From positions 1-64,000 of the IMG/VR virus record IMGVR_UViG_2870609773_000001: a stretch of 64,000 nucleotides of DNA; one strand, 5' to 3'. This document shows positions 53,093-61,615 of the stretch, in pieces. Source of the DNA: a virus. Lineage: Duplodnaviria > Caudoviricetes. Within the stretch, counting starts at the first letter, position 1. Each line of letters starts with the position of its first letter. A program made the translations under genes and the position numbers. Under the pieces are notes generated by a model. The model saw nothing but the letters and a program-made list of their open reading frames with translations, did not search any database and was not told the DNA's origin.

Positions 53093-53490
53093 GGCTCGTC
53101 CTCGCCCGCAGCGTCGAACAGCTCGTTGGCGAGCCCGTGAAGGATGTCGCCCATGTTGAGTGCCACCCTGGCGAGGATGGCCGGGTCGACGTCGGGGAGG
53201 CGGTGGCGTAGGGCTTCCACCATGGCGGCTCGTACGCGCCGTTCTGCTACCTGGGCGGGTGTTGGTGCGTCGATGAGCCCGGCCAAGGTGAGCGCCTCGT
53301 CCTTGTCCAAACCGAGCACGTCGGCGAGGCTCGTGACCGTCCTGGCGAGCGGAAGCGTCGGCTGGGTTGCTAACCGGTCGTAGGTGACGCGGCTGATGCC
53401 GGCCTTGTCGCACAGAGCCATCTTGGTCATTCCGAGTCGCGTCCGCTCCAGTTCGGCGCGGCGATGGAAGGCTGCTGCCACAGCGGTCAC
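53089..53490 (-). CDS. XRE-family HTH regulator
   Basis: RTRLGMTKMALCDKAGISRVTYDRL. Confidence 0.8.
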   Translation of the reverse strand: MTAVAAAFHRRAELERTRLGMTKMALCDKAGISRVTYDRLATQPTLPLARTVTSLADVLGLDKDEALTLAGLIDAPTPAQVAERRVRAAMVEALRHRLPDVDPAILARVALNMGDILHGLANELFDAAGEDEP

Positions 53491-53536
53491 GTGTTCTCCT
53501 CGGGGGCTGTCGTCTCAGGCGGCAGGCTAGAGCCGA

Positions 53537-53749
53537 TCACGGACGCCGCCTCTCGGCAATCTGCTTGTTGATCTCAGCAACCCTCTTCCAGTTCTGCTCA
53601 GCGGACTTCCATGACTCCTCAGCGCGCTTCCAGTTGGCGATCGTTTCCTTCGCGGACCGTCGTATCTGGATCAAGGTGTGGATGGAGAACACCAGCGCTG
53701 CGGCAGAGAATGCGAGCACGCCGTACGCGATCAAGGCAGCCGTGGTCAT
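53537..53749 (-). CDS. small TM plus coiled-coil protein
   Basis: N-terminal TM; NWKRAEESWK repeat-like helix. Confidence 0.6.
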   Translation of the reverse strand: MTTAALIAYGVLAFSAAALVFSIHTLIQIRRSAKETIANWKRAEESWKSAEQNWKRVAEINKQIAERRRP

Positions 53750-54072
53750 CGGTCCTCCTCTGGCGGCAGGCTAGCGGCCTCCGGGTCGTCGAGGGCGGCA
53801 CGGAGGCGGGCGACGAGTACAGAGTCGTCTGCGTCAAAGCGATGCATGGCGAACTGCTCGGCGCGATCAAGTACGTGGCGGCAGTCGGCCTCGGAGACGA
53901 CGACCAAGCCCGCCACTGTGAGGGCGTCTACGGCGATCCTGGCGGCGTCTTCAGCCTCTCTGCCGGACAGCGGGATGGCCTTGTCCAGCATGGCGTCGGT
54001 GAGGGCACGCTTCCCGAGGCGGAGCCTCAGGTGCTCACGGAGAGCCTTCTCGATCACCTCAGTGGGCGTCAT
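53746..54072 (-). CDS. hypothetical protein
   Basis: ATGA overlaps. Confidence 0.65.
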   Translation of the reverse strand: MTPTEVIEKALREHLRLRLGKRALTDAMLDKAIPLSGREAEDAARIAVDALTVAGLVVVSEADCRHVLDRAEQFAMHRFDADDSVLVARLRAALDDPEAASLPPEEDR

Positions 54073-54377
54073 TGGTCTCCCCCTCCGATCAGGTGCGCTG
54101 CGGCCTTGAGCGTGTCCCTCATGCGCGGGTGGTAGACGAGCCCGTACTCCTTCAGGAAGGCGTCGAAGCGTGCGGGGTCGTAGCCGGCGCGCTTCACGTC
54201 GGCGAGGGCCAGAAGCTCCTCGGCCACCTGCTGCCGTACCTGGGCGGCGAGGACAGGAGCAGCAACCGCCAGGATCTCTCTCGCGAACGGTTCCGCCCAG
54301 ATCTTGGACGGTGTGAGACGACGCTCCAAGAGAACGCCCATGACGGCCTGTACCGCTTCCTCAGGGATGTCAGGCAC
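54069..54377 (-). CDS. hypothetical protein
   Basis: GGAGG RBS; PDIPEEAVQA start. Confidence 0.65.
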   Translation of the reverse strand: MPDIPEEAVQAVMGVLLERRLTPSKIWAEPFAREILAVAAPVLAAQVRQQVAEELLALADVKRAGYDPARFDAFLKEYGLVYHPRMRDTLKAAAHLIGGGDQ

Positions 54378-54648
54378 GCTGAGCCTCCTGTACGAGGGTG
54401 AGCCGGTACCGCCACACGATCGCGTCCACGGGGCGCGTGTCGGGCAGGCGCTCGTCTCCACACGGGTCGCAGACGAGGGAGGTGTGCCGGCCGATCGTCG
54501 GCCAGTCCACGACGACGAGCTGGGCTGCGGGCATGTTGCGGCACCACTTGCAGGTGAGCGGGCTGGCCTTTGAGGCTTCTGACACTGTGGAGGGCTCCCC
54601 CAAAGGAGACTCAAAGGAGACGGCTTCTGCCGGGATGGGGTCAGGCAT
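54370..54648 (-). CDS. double-CxxC hypothetical protein
   Basis: CKWC...CDPC. Confidence 0.6.
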   Translation of the reverse strand: MPDPIPAEAVSFESPLGEPSTVSEASKASPLTCKWCRNMPAAQLVVVDWPTIGRHTSLVCDPCGDERLPDTRPVDAIVWRYRLTLVQEAQRA

Positions 54649-55150
54649 CGGCCACCTCTCCGAACACCTCAGGGTGGGCGGCCTTCCAGTCCGTCCAGTA
54701 CGTCCACGGCTCTTCGCCGACCGTGTGGATGCGGTCCATCACCTGCGCGAGCGTCAGCGGGCCGGGCGACTTCTCGCCCCGGATGCGCGGATGCTCCGGA
54801 ACGTATGTCGGCCCGTACTCCCAGGTGCGGCGGCGGTAACCCCAGTCGTCGTCGCCCCACTTGCGGAAGATGATGCCGTTCGCGCCGCCATCGATGTCGA
54901 ACGGGCGCTCAGCCATCTTCGCCTTCCACCGGTCGTTGTACCAGTGGTCGATGTACTGGTCCAGGAAGGAGGCGAGCATGCGCACCTCCTGGTCGGTGGG
55001 GCGATGCCGCTCATCGTCGAGGCGTCCGGAGTCGAACGCGACGATGTAAAACCAGCGCGGCCAGGCGTGCCCGACGACCGGGATGCGGAGCTTGGTGAGC
55101 GGATCGTGCTGGTCGGCGTCGTACGGCCAGTCGATCTCTGGAGAGGTCAC
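54641..55150 (-). CDS. Trp-rich hypothetical protein
   Basis: GAGGAG RBS; GTGA overlap. Confidence 0.75.
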   Translation of the reverse strand: MTSPEIDWPYDADQHDPLTKLRIPVVGHAWPRWFYIVAFDSGRLDDERHRPTDQEVRMLASFLDQYIDHWYNDRWKAKMAERPFDIDGGANGIIFRKWGDDDWGYRRRTWEYGPTYVPEHPRIRGEKSPGPLTLAQVMDRIHTVGEEPWTYWTDWKAAHPEVFGEVADA

Positions 55151-55374
55151 TTCTCCTCCTCCGTCCACTCAGAGATGGTCCGGTACACAACGGTGGCGTC
55201 TGCGGGCAGTCCGTGGTGCGGCTGCCAGGCTCGCGTCTGCCGGGCGAGGTGCTGCGCCGCTTCCTTGCCGGACTCGCCGGTGCCGGCGCGGTCGTACTTG
55301 ACGACCTGGCGGTCTCTGCCGTCCGTGTTGGTCCAGGCGGTCCAGCGGCAGGCGTACTCGATCACGGCAGCCAC
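55147..55374 (-). CDS. hypothetical protein
   Basis: GAGGAGG RBS. Confidence 0.65.
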   Translation of the reverse strand: MAAVIEYACRWTAWTNTDGRDRQVVKYDRAGTGESGKEAAQHLARQTRAWQPHHGLPADATVVYRTISEWTEEEK

Positions 55375-55377
55375 GGG

Positions 55378-55665
55378 TCAGTCCTCCTCGGGTTCGGTGA
55401 CGACCAGACGGGAGGCAACCACGGCGCGTCTATGCGCCACTGTCCAACCGTCACGCTCCAGGGCGGCGATCAGTTCCGCCGCAGCGGGCGACTCGGCGCG
55501 CGGGTCGTCGAACTTGTCGAGCAGATGGACGAGCACCTGCTTACGGCCGTCGTCCAACGACTCGGTGCCGCCCACCATGTGGACGATCTGCTTGGTCTTC
55601 GTCTCTCGAACGGCCTGCTCTACGCGGGTGCGGGACAGGCGGAGGCGGCGAGGCTTCGCGGGCAT
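55378..55665 (-). CDS. hypothetical protein
   Basis: GAGGAGG RBS. Confidence 0.65.
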   Translation of the reverse strand: MPAKPRRLRLSRTRVEQAVRETKTKQIVHMVGGTESLDDGRKQVLVHLLDKFDDPRAESPAAAELIAALERDGWTVAHRRAVVASRLVVTEPEED

Positions 55666-55669
55666 CGGG

Positions 55670-55975
55670 TCAGTCCTCCTCTCCGAGCGCCAGGAACGCG
55701 CACCGCAGGGCGTACTTGTCCGGGTAGTCGGAGTGACCCGCCGCGGACTGTTCGATGCGTCGCACCTGCTCCAACGTGGCGGGCTCCAGTCCGCGCTTCT
55801 CGCGGATCTCGTTGACGAGGGCGAGCATCCGTTCCGCCTCGTAGGCCACCCAGGCGCATTCCGGCCCGTACGGCCCTTCCACGATCTCGGACCTCTTGTG
55901 CCGCTGATGAGTGGCGAAGCGGAGCTTGGCGAGGAAAAGATCGCGGGTCTGTGCGCGAGTGATCACATCGGCCAT
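55670..55975 (-). CDS. hypothetical protein
   Basis: AAGGAGG RBS. Confidence 0.7.
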   Translation of the reverse strand: MADVITRAQTRDLFLAKLRFATHQRHKRSEIVEGPYGPECAWVAYEAERMLALVNEIREKRGLEPATLEQVRRIEQSAAGHSDYPDKYALRCAFLALGEED

Positions 55976-55978
55976 CGG

Positions 55979-56266
55979 TCAGTCCTCCTTCGGGGAGTCC
56001 GGGGAGGCGGCCTCGGTTGCCTTGTCGAACTCGGCGAAACGGTCGTCCGCAGGCGTCCACAGCCCGTAGTTCACGGTCTTCGTCCGCTCGGCGATCCTGC
56101 CGCCCTTGTCGCGGGCCTTGATCTCAGCGAGGCGGCGAGGGAACGGGCCCTCGACTACCAGCGTGCGATGCCTGACGTAGATGACCGCGAACTCTATGGT
56201 CATCTCCTCCGCGCCGGGCAGGGCATCGGACAGCGCCTCGTACTCGTTGTCGGTGAAGTCGTCCAT
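55979..56266 (-). CDS. hypothetical protein
   Basis: Duplicated AAGGAAGGCGAC leader before ATG. Confidence 0.65.
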   Translation of the reverse strand: MDDFTDNEYEALSDALPGAEEMTIEFAVIYVRHRTLVVEGPFPRRLAEIKARDKGGRIAERTKTVNYGLWTPADDRFAEFDKATEAASPDSPKED

Positions 56267-56381
56267 GTCGCCTTCCTTGTCGCCTTCCTTGGTCGTCTCA
56301 GGGTGTCTGGTCTTTGCGCTCTCTTCGCGTTCCGCGCGCTGTCCGGCCTGTATGCCGGGAAAAGAGAGCAGGGGTCGGGGG

Positions 56382-56582
56382 TCAGTCGGGCGGGAACAAA
56401 CTGGACAGCGGGTTGCCGCAGACAAGGCAGGACAGCGCGTCCGGGGCTGCCGGACGCCCCTCGGGAGGCTCGCCGCACAAGCGGCAACGGGAGGCGGGGC
56501 GAGGCCGGCGGAAGAGGGACCGCATGCCCTCGACGAACACGGCGGCGAACTCAGCGGGAGTGCGAGGCAGGTAGGCGAGCAC
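56382..56582 (-). CDS. small double-CxxC protein
   Basis: GAGGAG RBS; CRLC...CLVC. Confidence 0.55.
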   Translation of the reverse strand: MLAYLPRTPAEFAAVFVEGMRSLFRRPRPASRCRLCGEPPEGRPAAPDALSCLVCGNPLSSLFPPD

Positions 56583-56649
56583 GGGGGGCTCCTCAGGGGG
56601 TCGGGGTGGGTGTAGGTCTGGTCCGGCAGGAGAGCCGGACCAGAGGGGG

Positions 56650-57264
56650 TCAATCGCGGGCGTGAGCCTTGATGGCAGGCAGCACCGAGGTACGGAACCA
56701 GGCGGTCGCCTCGAACCCGCCCGAGCAGAGATCGATCAGCCGCTCGTAGCCCGAGTGGACTTCTCCCGTGAACTCGTTCTTCCACAGCCAGCGGACGCCG
56801 CGCTCGTCGAGCCACTGGCCCAGTTTGGCGACGAGTCGGGCGTGCAGGTCGCCGCAGCCTTCACCGTCGTCGCCCTTGTACCCGTAGGCGGTGTCGAACG
56901 AGATCTCCAGCCAGCACGCCGGACGGTGCCCGGAGCCGTCGCACGGCCCGTCCTCGGGGTCGTACCACGAGACACCCGGCATGTTGCAGATGTCTTCATC
57001 GTGGGCTGCCGCCTGCGCGGCGGATCGGTACGGCGCGGAGGGCCGGTAGTGCATATCCAACAGGGCGCATAACCCCTGGCCGGGCGCATTCCAGATCCAC
57101 CACGGGTTGCCGGGCTCCACGAAGCGCTCGCCATCCCGGTAGGTCTTCGTCTGCTCGTTGGTGAAGCGGGTGTTCTCGGTCGCCCCGATGAGCTGGTTGC
57201 ACTTCAGCCAGACGTCCTTGTAGGCGATCTCGTCGAGGACGTAGACGCGGGTGTCGAGGGTCAC
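56650..57264 (-). CDS. hypothetical phage protein
   Basis: AAGGAG RBS; aromatic-rich globular sequence. Confidence 0.75.
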   Translation of the reverse strand: MTLDTRVYVLDEIAYKDVWLKCNQLIGATENTRFTNEQTKTYRDGERFVEPGNPWWIWNAPGQGLCALLDMHYRPSAPYRSAAQAAAHDEDICNMPGVSWYDPEDGPCDGSGHRPACWLEISFDTAYGYKGDDGEGCGDLHARLVAKLGQWLDERGVRWLWKNEFTGEVHSGYERLIDLCSGGFEATAWFRTSVLPAIKAHARD

Positions 57265-57329
57265 GGTCGACTCCTTGCTCGTTGAGGGTCTTGGGTGTGG
57301 CCGGAGAGGTGTCCCTCTCGGGCCGGAGG

Positions 57330-57773
57330 TCAGCGATCCATCGGCAGGGCGTTGCCTGCCGTCATCTGGGCGTACTCCTCGGCCGTCTGGCCTGCCTCTG
57401 CCAGTCGCTTGCGGAAGACCGGGTCGTGAGTGGCCTCGCACGTCAGCACGGCCACCTCAACGTCGCGGGGCAGATGGTGGACGTAGGCGTTCTCTCGCTT
57501 CAGGCAGTCCCAGCACCAGCCGCGCGAGGAGATCTGGTGCATGCCGCCGCCGTGCGTGCCGGGCAGCCACCAGTAGGGCGAGGCGCCACAGTAGGACACC
57601 ACGTAGACGTCGTCTGCCATCACGTCGATGCTGCGGCCCAGCATGCTGGCGACGTGAAGCACGTCCGGCAGAGACATCTCCCGCTCAACGCGGAGGAACG
57701 GCAGGGCGCCGCCGTCACCTCCAAGTCCTGTTCGTTCGCGCAACTGGTAGTTAGCTTGCGTGGCCATGAGCAT
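57330..57773 (-). CDS. hypothetical protein
   Basis: AGGAGA RBS; lies between repeats. Confidence 0.7.
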   Translation of the reverse strand: MLMATQANYQLRERTGLGGDGGALPFLRVEREMSLPDVLHVASMLGRSIDVMADDVYVVSYCGASPYWWLPGTHGGGMHQISSRGWCWDCLKRENAYVHHLPRDVEVAVLTCEATHDPVFRKRLAEAGQTAEEYAQMTAGNALPMDR

Positions 57774-57855
57774 CAGGTCTCCTACGTCAGGGGCGGGCTT
57801 TCAAGATCGGCGGTGAGGGGTGGCCCGAGAGGTGTCCCTCTCGGACCGGAGGGCG

Positions 57856-58023
57856 TCAGGTGTCGTCGGGTTCATAGCGCTCCCACGTCTGGCCGCCGTC
57901 GTAGCTGACCATGACGGTGCCGTCGTGGGTCTTGGCGTACGCGAGCGCGCCAGCGAGGCTCAGGTCGAACCCTGTCCCGCGACCGCGCACGTCCACGTCG
58001 TAGATGGGCTCACGCTCGGTCAT
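57856..58023 (-). CDS. small hypothetical protein
   Basis: AAAGGAG RBS. Confidence 0.6.
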   Translation of the reverse strand: MTEREPIYDVDVRGRGTGFDLSLAGALAYAKTHDGTVMVSYDGGQTWERYEPDDT

Positions 58024-58025
58024 GG

Positions 58026-58508
58026 TCAGGACTCCTTTGTCTTGCCGTAGGTGCCGTTGACGGGCTCGCCCACGGCGTGGAGCCAGAAGCCTTCGCCGTG
58101 CTCGTCCACGTGGCGGGCGCCGATCTTCCAGCCGCTGAGGCGGGCGATCTCGTCCCACTTCCACAACTGCGCCGAGGATGACCAGCCCTGCTCGGGCTTG
58201 TTGACCGCCCAGGGCCGACCGCGCTCGTCGATGCGGATCAGGACGTCCGCGGTGAACGAGCGCAACTCGGTGGGCTCAGCATTGAAGATCGGGCAGGTGT
58301 CGCATCGGTTCTCGTTAATGCAGGCGGCGAAGCCGGGCCAGGAGGCGCGGCGCGTGTCCTGCGACTCGTACAACTTGCCGTAGGAGCGGGGCCGGAGAGC
58401 GCAGTGGGCCGCGTCCTGGCCCATGTGGGCGTTGAGGGAGAGCCGGTTCCAGCCGCGACCGTCAGGGCCGCCGGGCCTGCAGGCGGGCGGTTCGAGGTAG
58501 ATCGGCAT
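58026..58508 (-). CDS. Cys-containing hypothetical protein
   Basis: GAGGAGA RBS. Confidence 0.75.
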   Translation of the reverse strand: MPIYLEPPACRPGGPDGRGWNRLSLNAHMGQDAAHCALRPRSYGKLYESQDTRRASWPGFAACINENRCDTCPIFNAEPTELRSFTADVLIRIDERGRPWAVNKPEQGWSSSAQLWKWDEIARLSGWKIGARHVDEHGEGFWLHAVGEPVNGTYGKTKES

Positions 58509-58605
58509 CTCTTCTCCTCGGGCGGGGACAGGTCGGTCAAGATCAGTCGTTCAAGATCGTTCAGGGAGAGGGGTGGTGGCCCCCTCTCGGGCGCCTCGGG
58601 GTCGG

Positions 58606-59130
58606 TCAGGCGCAGTAGGGGCGGGCGTCCAGGTAGGTGGCGTTCTTGCGGGTGATCGACTGGCCGTCCTCCAGCACGAGCGTCACCTGCCGGTAGCGGA
58701 TCTGGCCGGTGGCGCGAAGCTTGGCCAGGTTGATGTGCTTGACGACCTCGACGATGCGCAGCCACGGCCCGCGCGGGGTGAGGCGGACGTGCCAGCCCTC
58801 GCGCACCGCGCCGGCCTGCCAGTCACCCTCGCGGCCGGGGCCGACATAGCGCAGGTCCTCGAACTCGCCCACCCGCCCGGACAGGCGGTCGGCGAGGTAG
58901 CGGGCGTTGTCCCATATGTGGTTGTTCGGGTTCAGGTCGCGGCGGTCGTTGGTGCCGTGGTCGGCGACGAACACGCCGTCGCGGCGCTCGACGAACACCC
59001 AGACGGGGCCGGAGAACGTGTTCGTCTCGGCTCGCTCGCGCAGCCGGGCGCCCTCCAGTTCGGGCAGGTCCATGATGCGCTCGACGGTGAGGGTGTGGCC
59101 GGTCAGCTTGGTCGCGATCGTGGCGGTCAT
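58606..59130 (-). CDS. hypothetical protein
   Basis: GGAGG RBS. Confidence 0.7.
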   Translation of the reverse strand: MTATIATKLTGHTLTVERIMDLPELEGARLRERAETNTFSGPVWVFVERRDGVFVADHGTNDRRDLNPNNHIWDNARYLADRLSGRVGEFEDLRYVGPGREGDWQAGAVREGWHVRLTPRGPWLRIVEVVKHINLAKLRATGQIRYRQVTLVLEDGQSITRKNATYLDARPYCA

Positions 59131-59214
59131 CTCATCCTCCGTGGCGGGTGGTCTGCTCAGGTCGTTCAAGATCGTTCAGGGAGAGGTGTGGCCCCCTTCC
59201 GGGGGCCCTGAGGT

Positions 59215-59484
59215 CTAGCCGGCGATCCAGATGAGGTGCTTGGCCTGTCCGCCGATCTCCACCGCCGCCGCCCTGTCCTGCTCAGTGAGCGTCTTCTGGT
59301 TCGACTCGGGGGCGATGCACACGTCCTCCAGGCGCTCCATCAGGCGGAGGGTGGTGTCCACCTGGGGGCGGGTCCAGCGGGTGAGGTGCTGGCGGATCTC
59401 GGTGAGGCTCGTCCACCGGCCGGGCGTTGCGTTGGCGGTGATGTAGCTGGCGATCACGGCCTCGGTGTCGGTGAAGGTGACCAT
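59215..59484 (-). CDS. putative winged-helix protein
   Basis: WTSLTEIRQHL...VDTTLRLM; first gene of the leftward cassette operon. Confidence 0.7.
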   Translation of the reverse strand: MVTFTDTEAVIASYITANATPGRWTSLTEIRQHLTRWTRPQVDTTLRLMERLEDVCIAPESNQKTLTEQDRAAAVEIGGQAKHLIWIAG

Positions 59485-59527
59485 CTCTCGTTCTCCCTGG
59501 TGTCTCGCCCCTTGCTGATGTCTCTAA

Positions 59528-59582
59528 TGTAGCCACACTGTAGCCACAGCACAAGACCTGTGAGAGACTTTTTGTGGCTACA
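59528..59582. promoter_or_regulatory. operator cluster: TGTAGCCACA x2 direct plus one inverted copy
   Basis: 59528-59537 and 59539-59548, with TGTGGCTACA at 59573-59582, in a divergent intergenic region. Confidence 0.75.
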
Positions 59583-59596
59583 AAGGAGGCACGCAT

Positions 59597-59797
59597 ATGG
59601 CGAACAAGGCGCCTACAGGGCTCAGGCGTTTCCGCACCACCGATGAGCTGTGGGAACGCTTCGGCGAAGCGGTCGAACGAGGTCCCGACCCTGAAGCTGA
59701 CATGTCCAAGGTCCTGCGTGCCTTCGTCCGGTGGTACGTCGGGGAGCCCGGCGCCAAACTGCCCGAACGTCCGCAGATCGCTGGCGATTCGGAGTAG
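59597..59797 (+). CDS. ribbon-helix-helix (Arc/CopG-like) regulator, opposite strand
   Basis: AAAGGAGG RBS; RRFRTTDELWERFGEAV...DMSKVLRAFVRWYV. Confidence 0.8.
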   Translation: MANKAPTGLRRFRTTDELWERFGEAVERGPDPEADMSKVLRAFVRWYVGEPGAKLPERPQIAGDSE

Positions 59798-59801
59798 CCG
59801 T

Positions 59802-59981
59802 TCACCGCTTCTCCCAGCGGACGATCAGCTCCTCGTCTGTGGCGACGACTTCAGCGGCGTCCTCGCCGAGAGCCTGGCGGGCCATCGCCACCAGGTCCGT
59901 CAGGTCTCCCCACACGCACGGGAGCGGCAGCGTGTACTCGATCCAGGTCTTCGTCACCTGGCGGTGAGAGACCCGGGTCAC
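59802..59981 (-). CDS. small hypothetical protein
   Basis: GGGGGAG RBS; GTGA overlap. Confidence 0.55.
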   Translation of the reverse strand: MTRVSHRQVTKTWIEYTLPLPCVWGDLTDLVAMARQALGEDAAEVVATDEELIVRWEKR

Positions 59982-60214
59982 TGGGACGTCTCCCCCGTCT
60001 GCTGGGAGGCGAGACGGCGGTTCGCTCTCCAGACCGTCCATGCCGGCCCGATCCGGGTCCTTGCCCGTCCTGACGCCAGCAGGCGAGCACCGGAATACGC
60101 CTGCCAGGTCCACGGACCCGAACCGATCACCTCGAAGTCAATACCGGGTTGCGTCGGCAGGGGCGCGGCAGGGGCCCATGCGCGGCTGTCGCACTGCTGC
60201 ACACGTGGCTTCAT
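59978..60214 (-). CDS. small hypothetical protein
   Basis: GAGAGG upstream; coupled to the next gene. Confidence 0.45.
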   Translation of the reverse strand: MKPRVQQCDSRAWAPAAPLPTQPGIDFEVIGSGPWTWQAYSGARLLASGRARTRIGPAWTVWRANRRLASQQTGETSQ

Positions 60215-60282
60215 CGTTCGATTCCTCTCTCGAACATGGATCTTGTAGCACAGTCTCTCGATCTTGCTTCGATCTGGAGTTC

Positions 60283-60321
60283 GTCTCGCGGGGCTGTAGA
60301 TGCCCTACAGCCCCGCGAGAC
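60283..60321 (-). terminator. 17-bp perfect hairpin downstream of the DUF397 gene
   Basis: GTCTCGCGGGGCTGTAG/CTACAGCCCCGCGAGAC. Confidence 0.7.
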
Positions 60322-60331
60322 GGGGCGGCTG

Positions 60332-60634
60332 CTACACGGAGACCCGAGACGGCTCTACGCCCGCCGTAGCGGCCTTCTGGGACTCGCTACGGCCATCACC
60401 GTCCGAGCCGTCCCCTACCGGAAGCGCCAGAGCCGCCTGATCGAACTCCCCAGCGCGGACTCCGGCCGTGAACGCAGCCCACTCGACGGCCGTGAAAACG
60501 AGCTGCCCTGCCCCCGGATCCTTGCCGTCCCGTACCGCCACTCCACCGTCAGGGAGGGGAGCCACCTCCACACAGGTGGCGGCGCCGTTGCAGAAGGAGG
60601 ACCTACGCCAGGCAGCGCTCGCGATGTCGGTCAT
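60332..60634 (-). CDS. DUF397 domain protein
   Basis: WRRSSFC...CVEVA...VAVRDGKDP...LVFTAVEWAAFTAGVRAGEFD. Confidence 0.92.
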   Translation of the reverse strand: MTDIASAAWRRSSFCNGAATCVEVAPLPDGGVAVRDGKDPGAGQLVFTAVEWAAFTAGVRAGEFDQAALALPVGDGSDGDGRSESQKAATAGVEPSRVSV

Positions 60635-60740
60635 TCGTCCTCCGTCGTCGATGAGGTGTTCCCATCGTCCGCAGAGTCGTCAGCGACCGCGCGGTCCGCG
60701 AGGGCGAGCGTCTTCAGCCACCAGGCGTGCGCAGAGTCAG
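60631..60740 (-). CDS. very small hypothetical protein
   Basis: GGAGG RBS; ATG coupled to the DUF5131 stop (MADSAHAWWLK...). Confidence 0.4.
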
Positions 60741-61615
60741 CCATGGAGAGCCACCTCCTGCGGGAACTCGCGGACCCGGAGATCCGCCGGCCAGTACGAC
60801 CAGTCACCGCCCTTGGAGTCGCCGTGAGCGCGAACCGTCTTCCCACCCACCGTCCGGTCGGACGCCCACACGGAGCCCATTTGCTTGACGAAGACGGCGA
60901 CATCCCCGTCCTTGCACTGCTCGACCAGCGACCGCGCCCACCACGGCTCCATCGGCCTCGCGCCGGGGCCGGACTCTCCGCCGACGATCACCCAGTCAAT
61001 TCCGCTGTGCCAGTACGGCTCCTCCAGCGCGGTGGCGGGAAGGTTGACCTCGCTCACCAGCGGCTCGCACGACAGGAACCGCACGGCAGCCGGAGTCTGG
61101 ATTAGGGCAGGGACGCGGATCTCGGCCCACTTCTGATCCTCGACACTGACGCCCAACCAAACGTTCGGCAGCGGCCACTCCGGGATGGGGCGGTCTGGCC
61201 CACTCAGGTCCATGACGCTCTCGTGGAGGTACATCGAGGACCGCCACGCGACGTTGTTCAGCAGCGACCGCATCCGGCCGTGCCGCTTCGTGAGGAGCTG
61301 GTAGGTGTGCTGCGGGGTCAACGCCATCACAGCGAAGACACGAGCAATGAACTCATCCGGCACCTTCTCGTGGAACAGGTCGGACATGGAGTTGACGAAG
61401 ATCCGGCGCGGCTTGCGCCACTTCAGCGGCTGGTCCAGCCGCTCCGGACGCAGAACCACGTCGAAGCCTTGCTCGAAGTGATGTCCGGGTGTGCCGCGCC
61501 ACCGCTCGGCGAACGTCTCGGCGTAGCAGTTGTCGCAGCCCGGCGACACCTTCGTGCACCCGGTGACGGGATTCCATGTGGCATCCGTCCACTCGATCTT
61601 GCTCTGGTCGCTCAT
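60737..61615 (-). CDS. phage Gp37/Gp68 (DUF5131) radical-SAM-like protein
   Basis: IEWTDATWNPVTGCTKVSPGCDNCYAE; FVNSMSDLFH; WVIVGGESG. Confidence 0.93.
   Translation of the reverse strand: MSDQSKIEWTDATWNPVTGCTKVSPGCDNCYAETFAERWRGTPGHHFEQGFDVVLRPERLDQPLKWRKPRRIFVNSMSDLFHEKVPDEFIARVFAVMALTPQHTYQLLTKRHGRMRSLLNNVAWRSSMYLHESVMDLSGPDRPIPEWPLPNVWLGVSVEDQKWAEIRVPALIQTPAAVRFLSCEPLVSEVNLPATALEEPYWHSGIDWVIVGGESGPGARPMEPWWARSLVEQCKDGDVAVFVKQMGSVWASDRTVGGKTVRAHGDSKGGDWSYWPADLRVREFPQEVALHG

Larger units (their letters stand above)
57301..59216 (-). repeat. four related intergenic elements bounding small-gene cassettes
   Basis: Exact 18-mer GAGAGGTGTCCCTCTCGG at 57304 and 57827; exact 26-mer GTCGTTCAAGATCGTTCAGGGAGAGG at 58546 and 59161. 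Confidence 0.85.

Noticed and set aside
54398-56665. 755-aa + strand ORF
   Set aside because: Overlaps several well-coupled - strand genes that have RBSs; shadow composition.
57301-59216. Intergenic repeats as a CRISPR array or integron attC sites
   Set aside because: The spacers are whole genes, the repeats are only partly identical, and no cas gene or integron integrase is seen.
60216-60235. GTTCGA...TCGAAC as a second SOS box
   Set aside because: The half-sites are in the wrong order and spacing for LexA.
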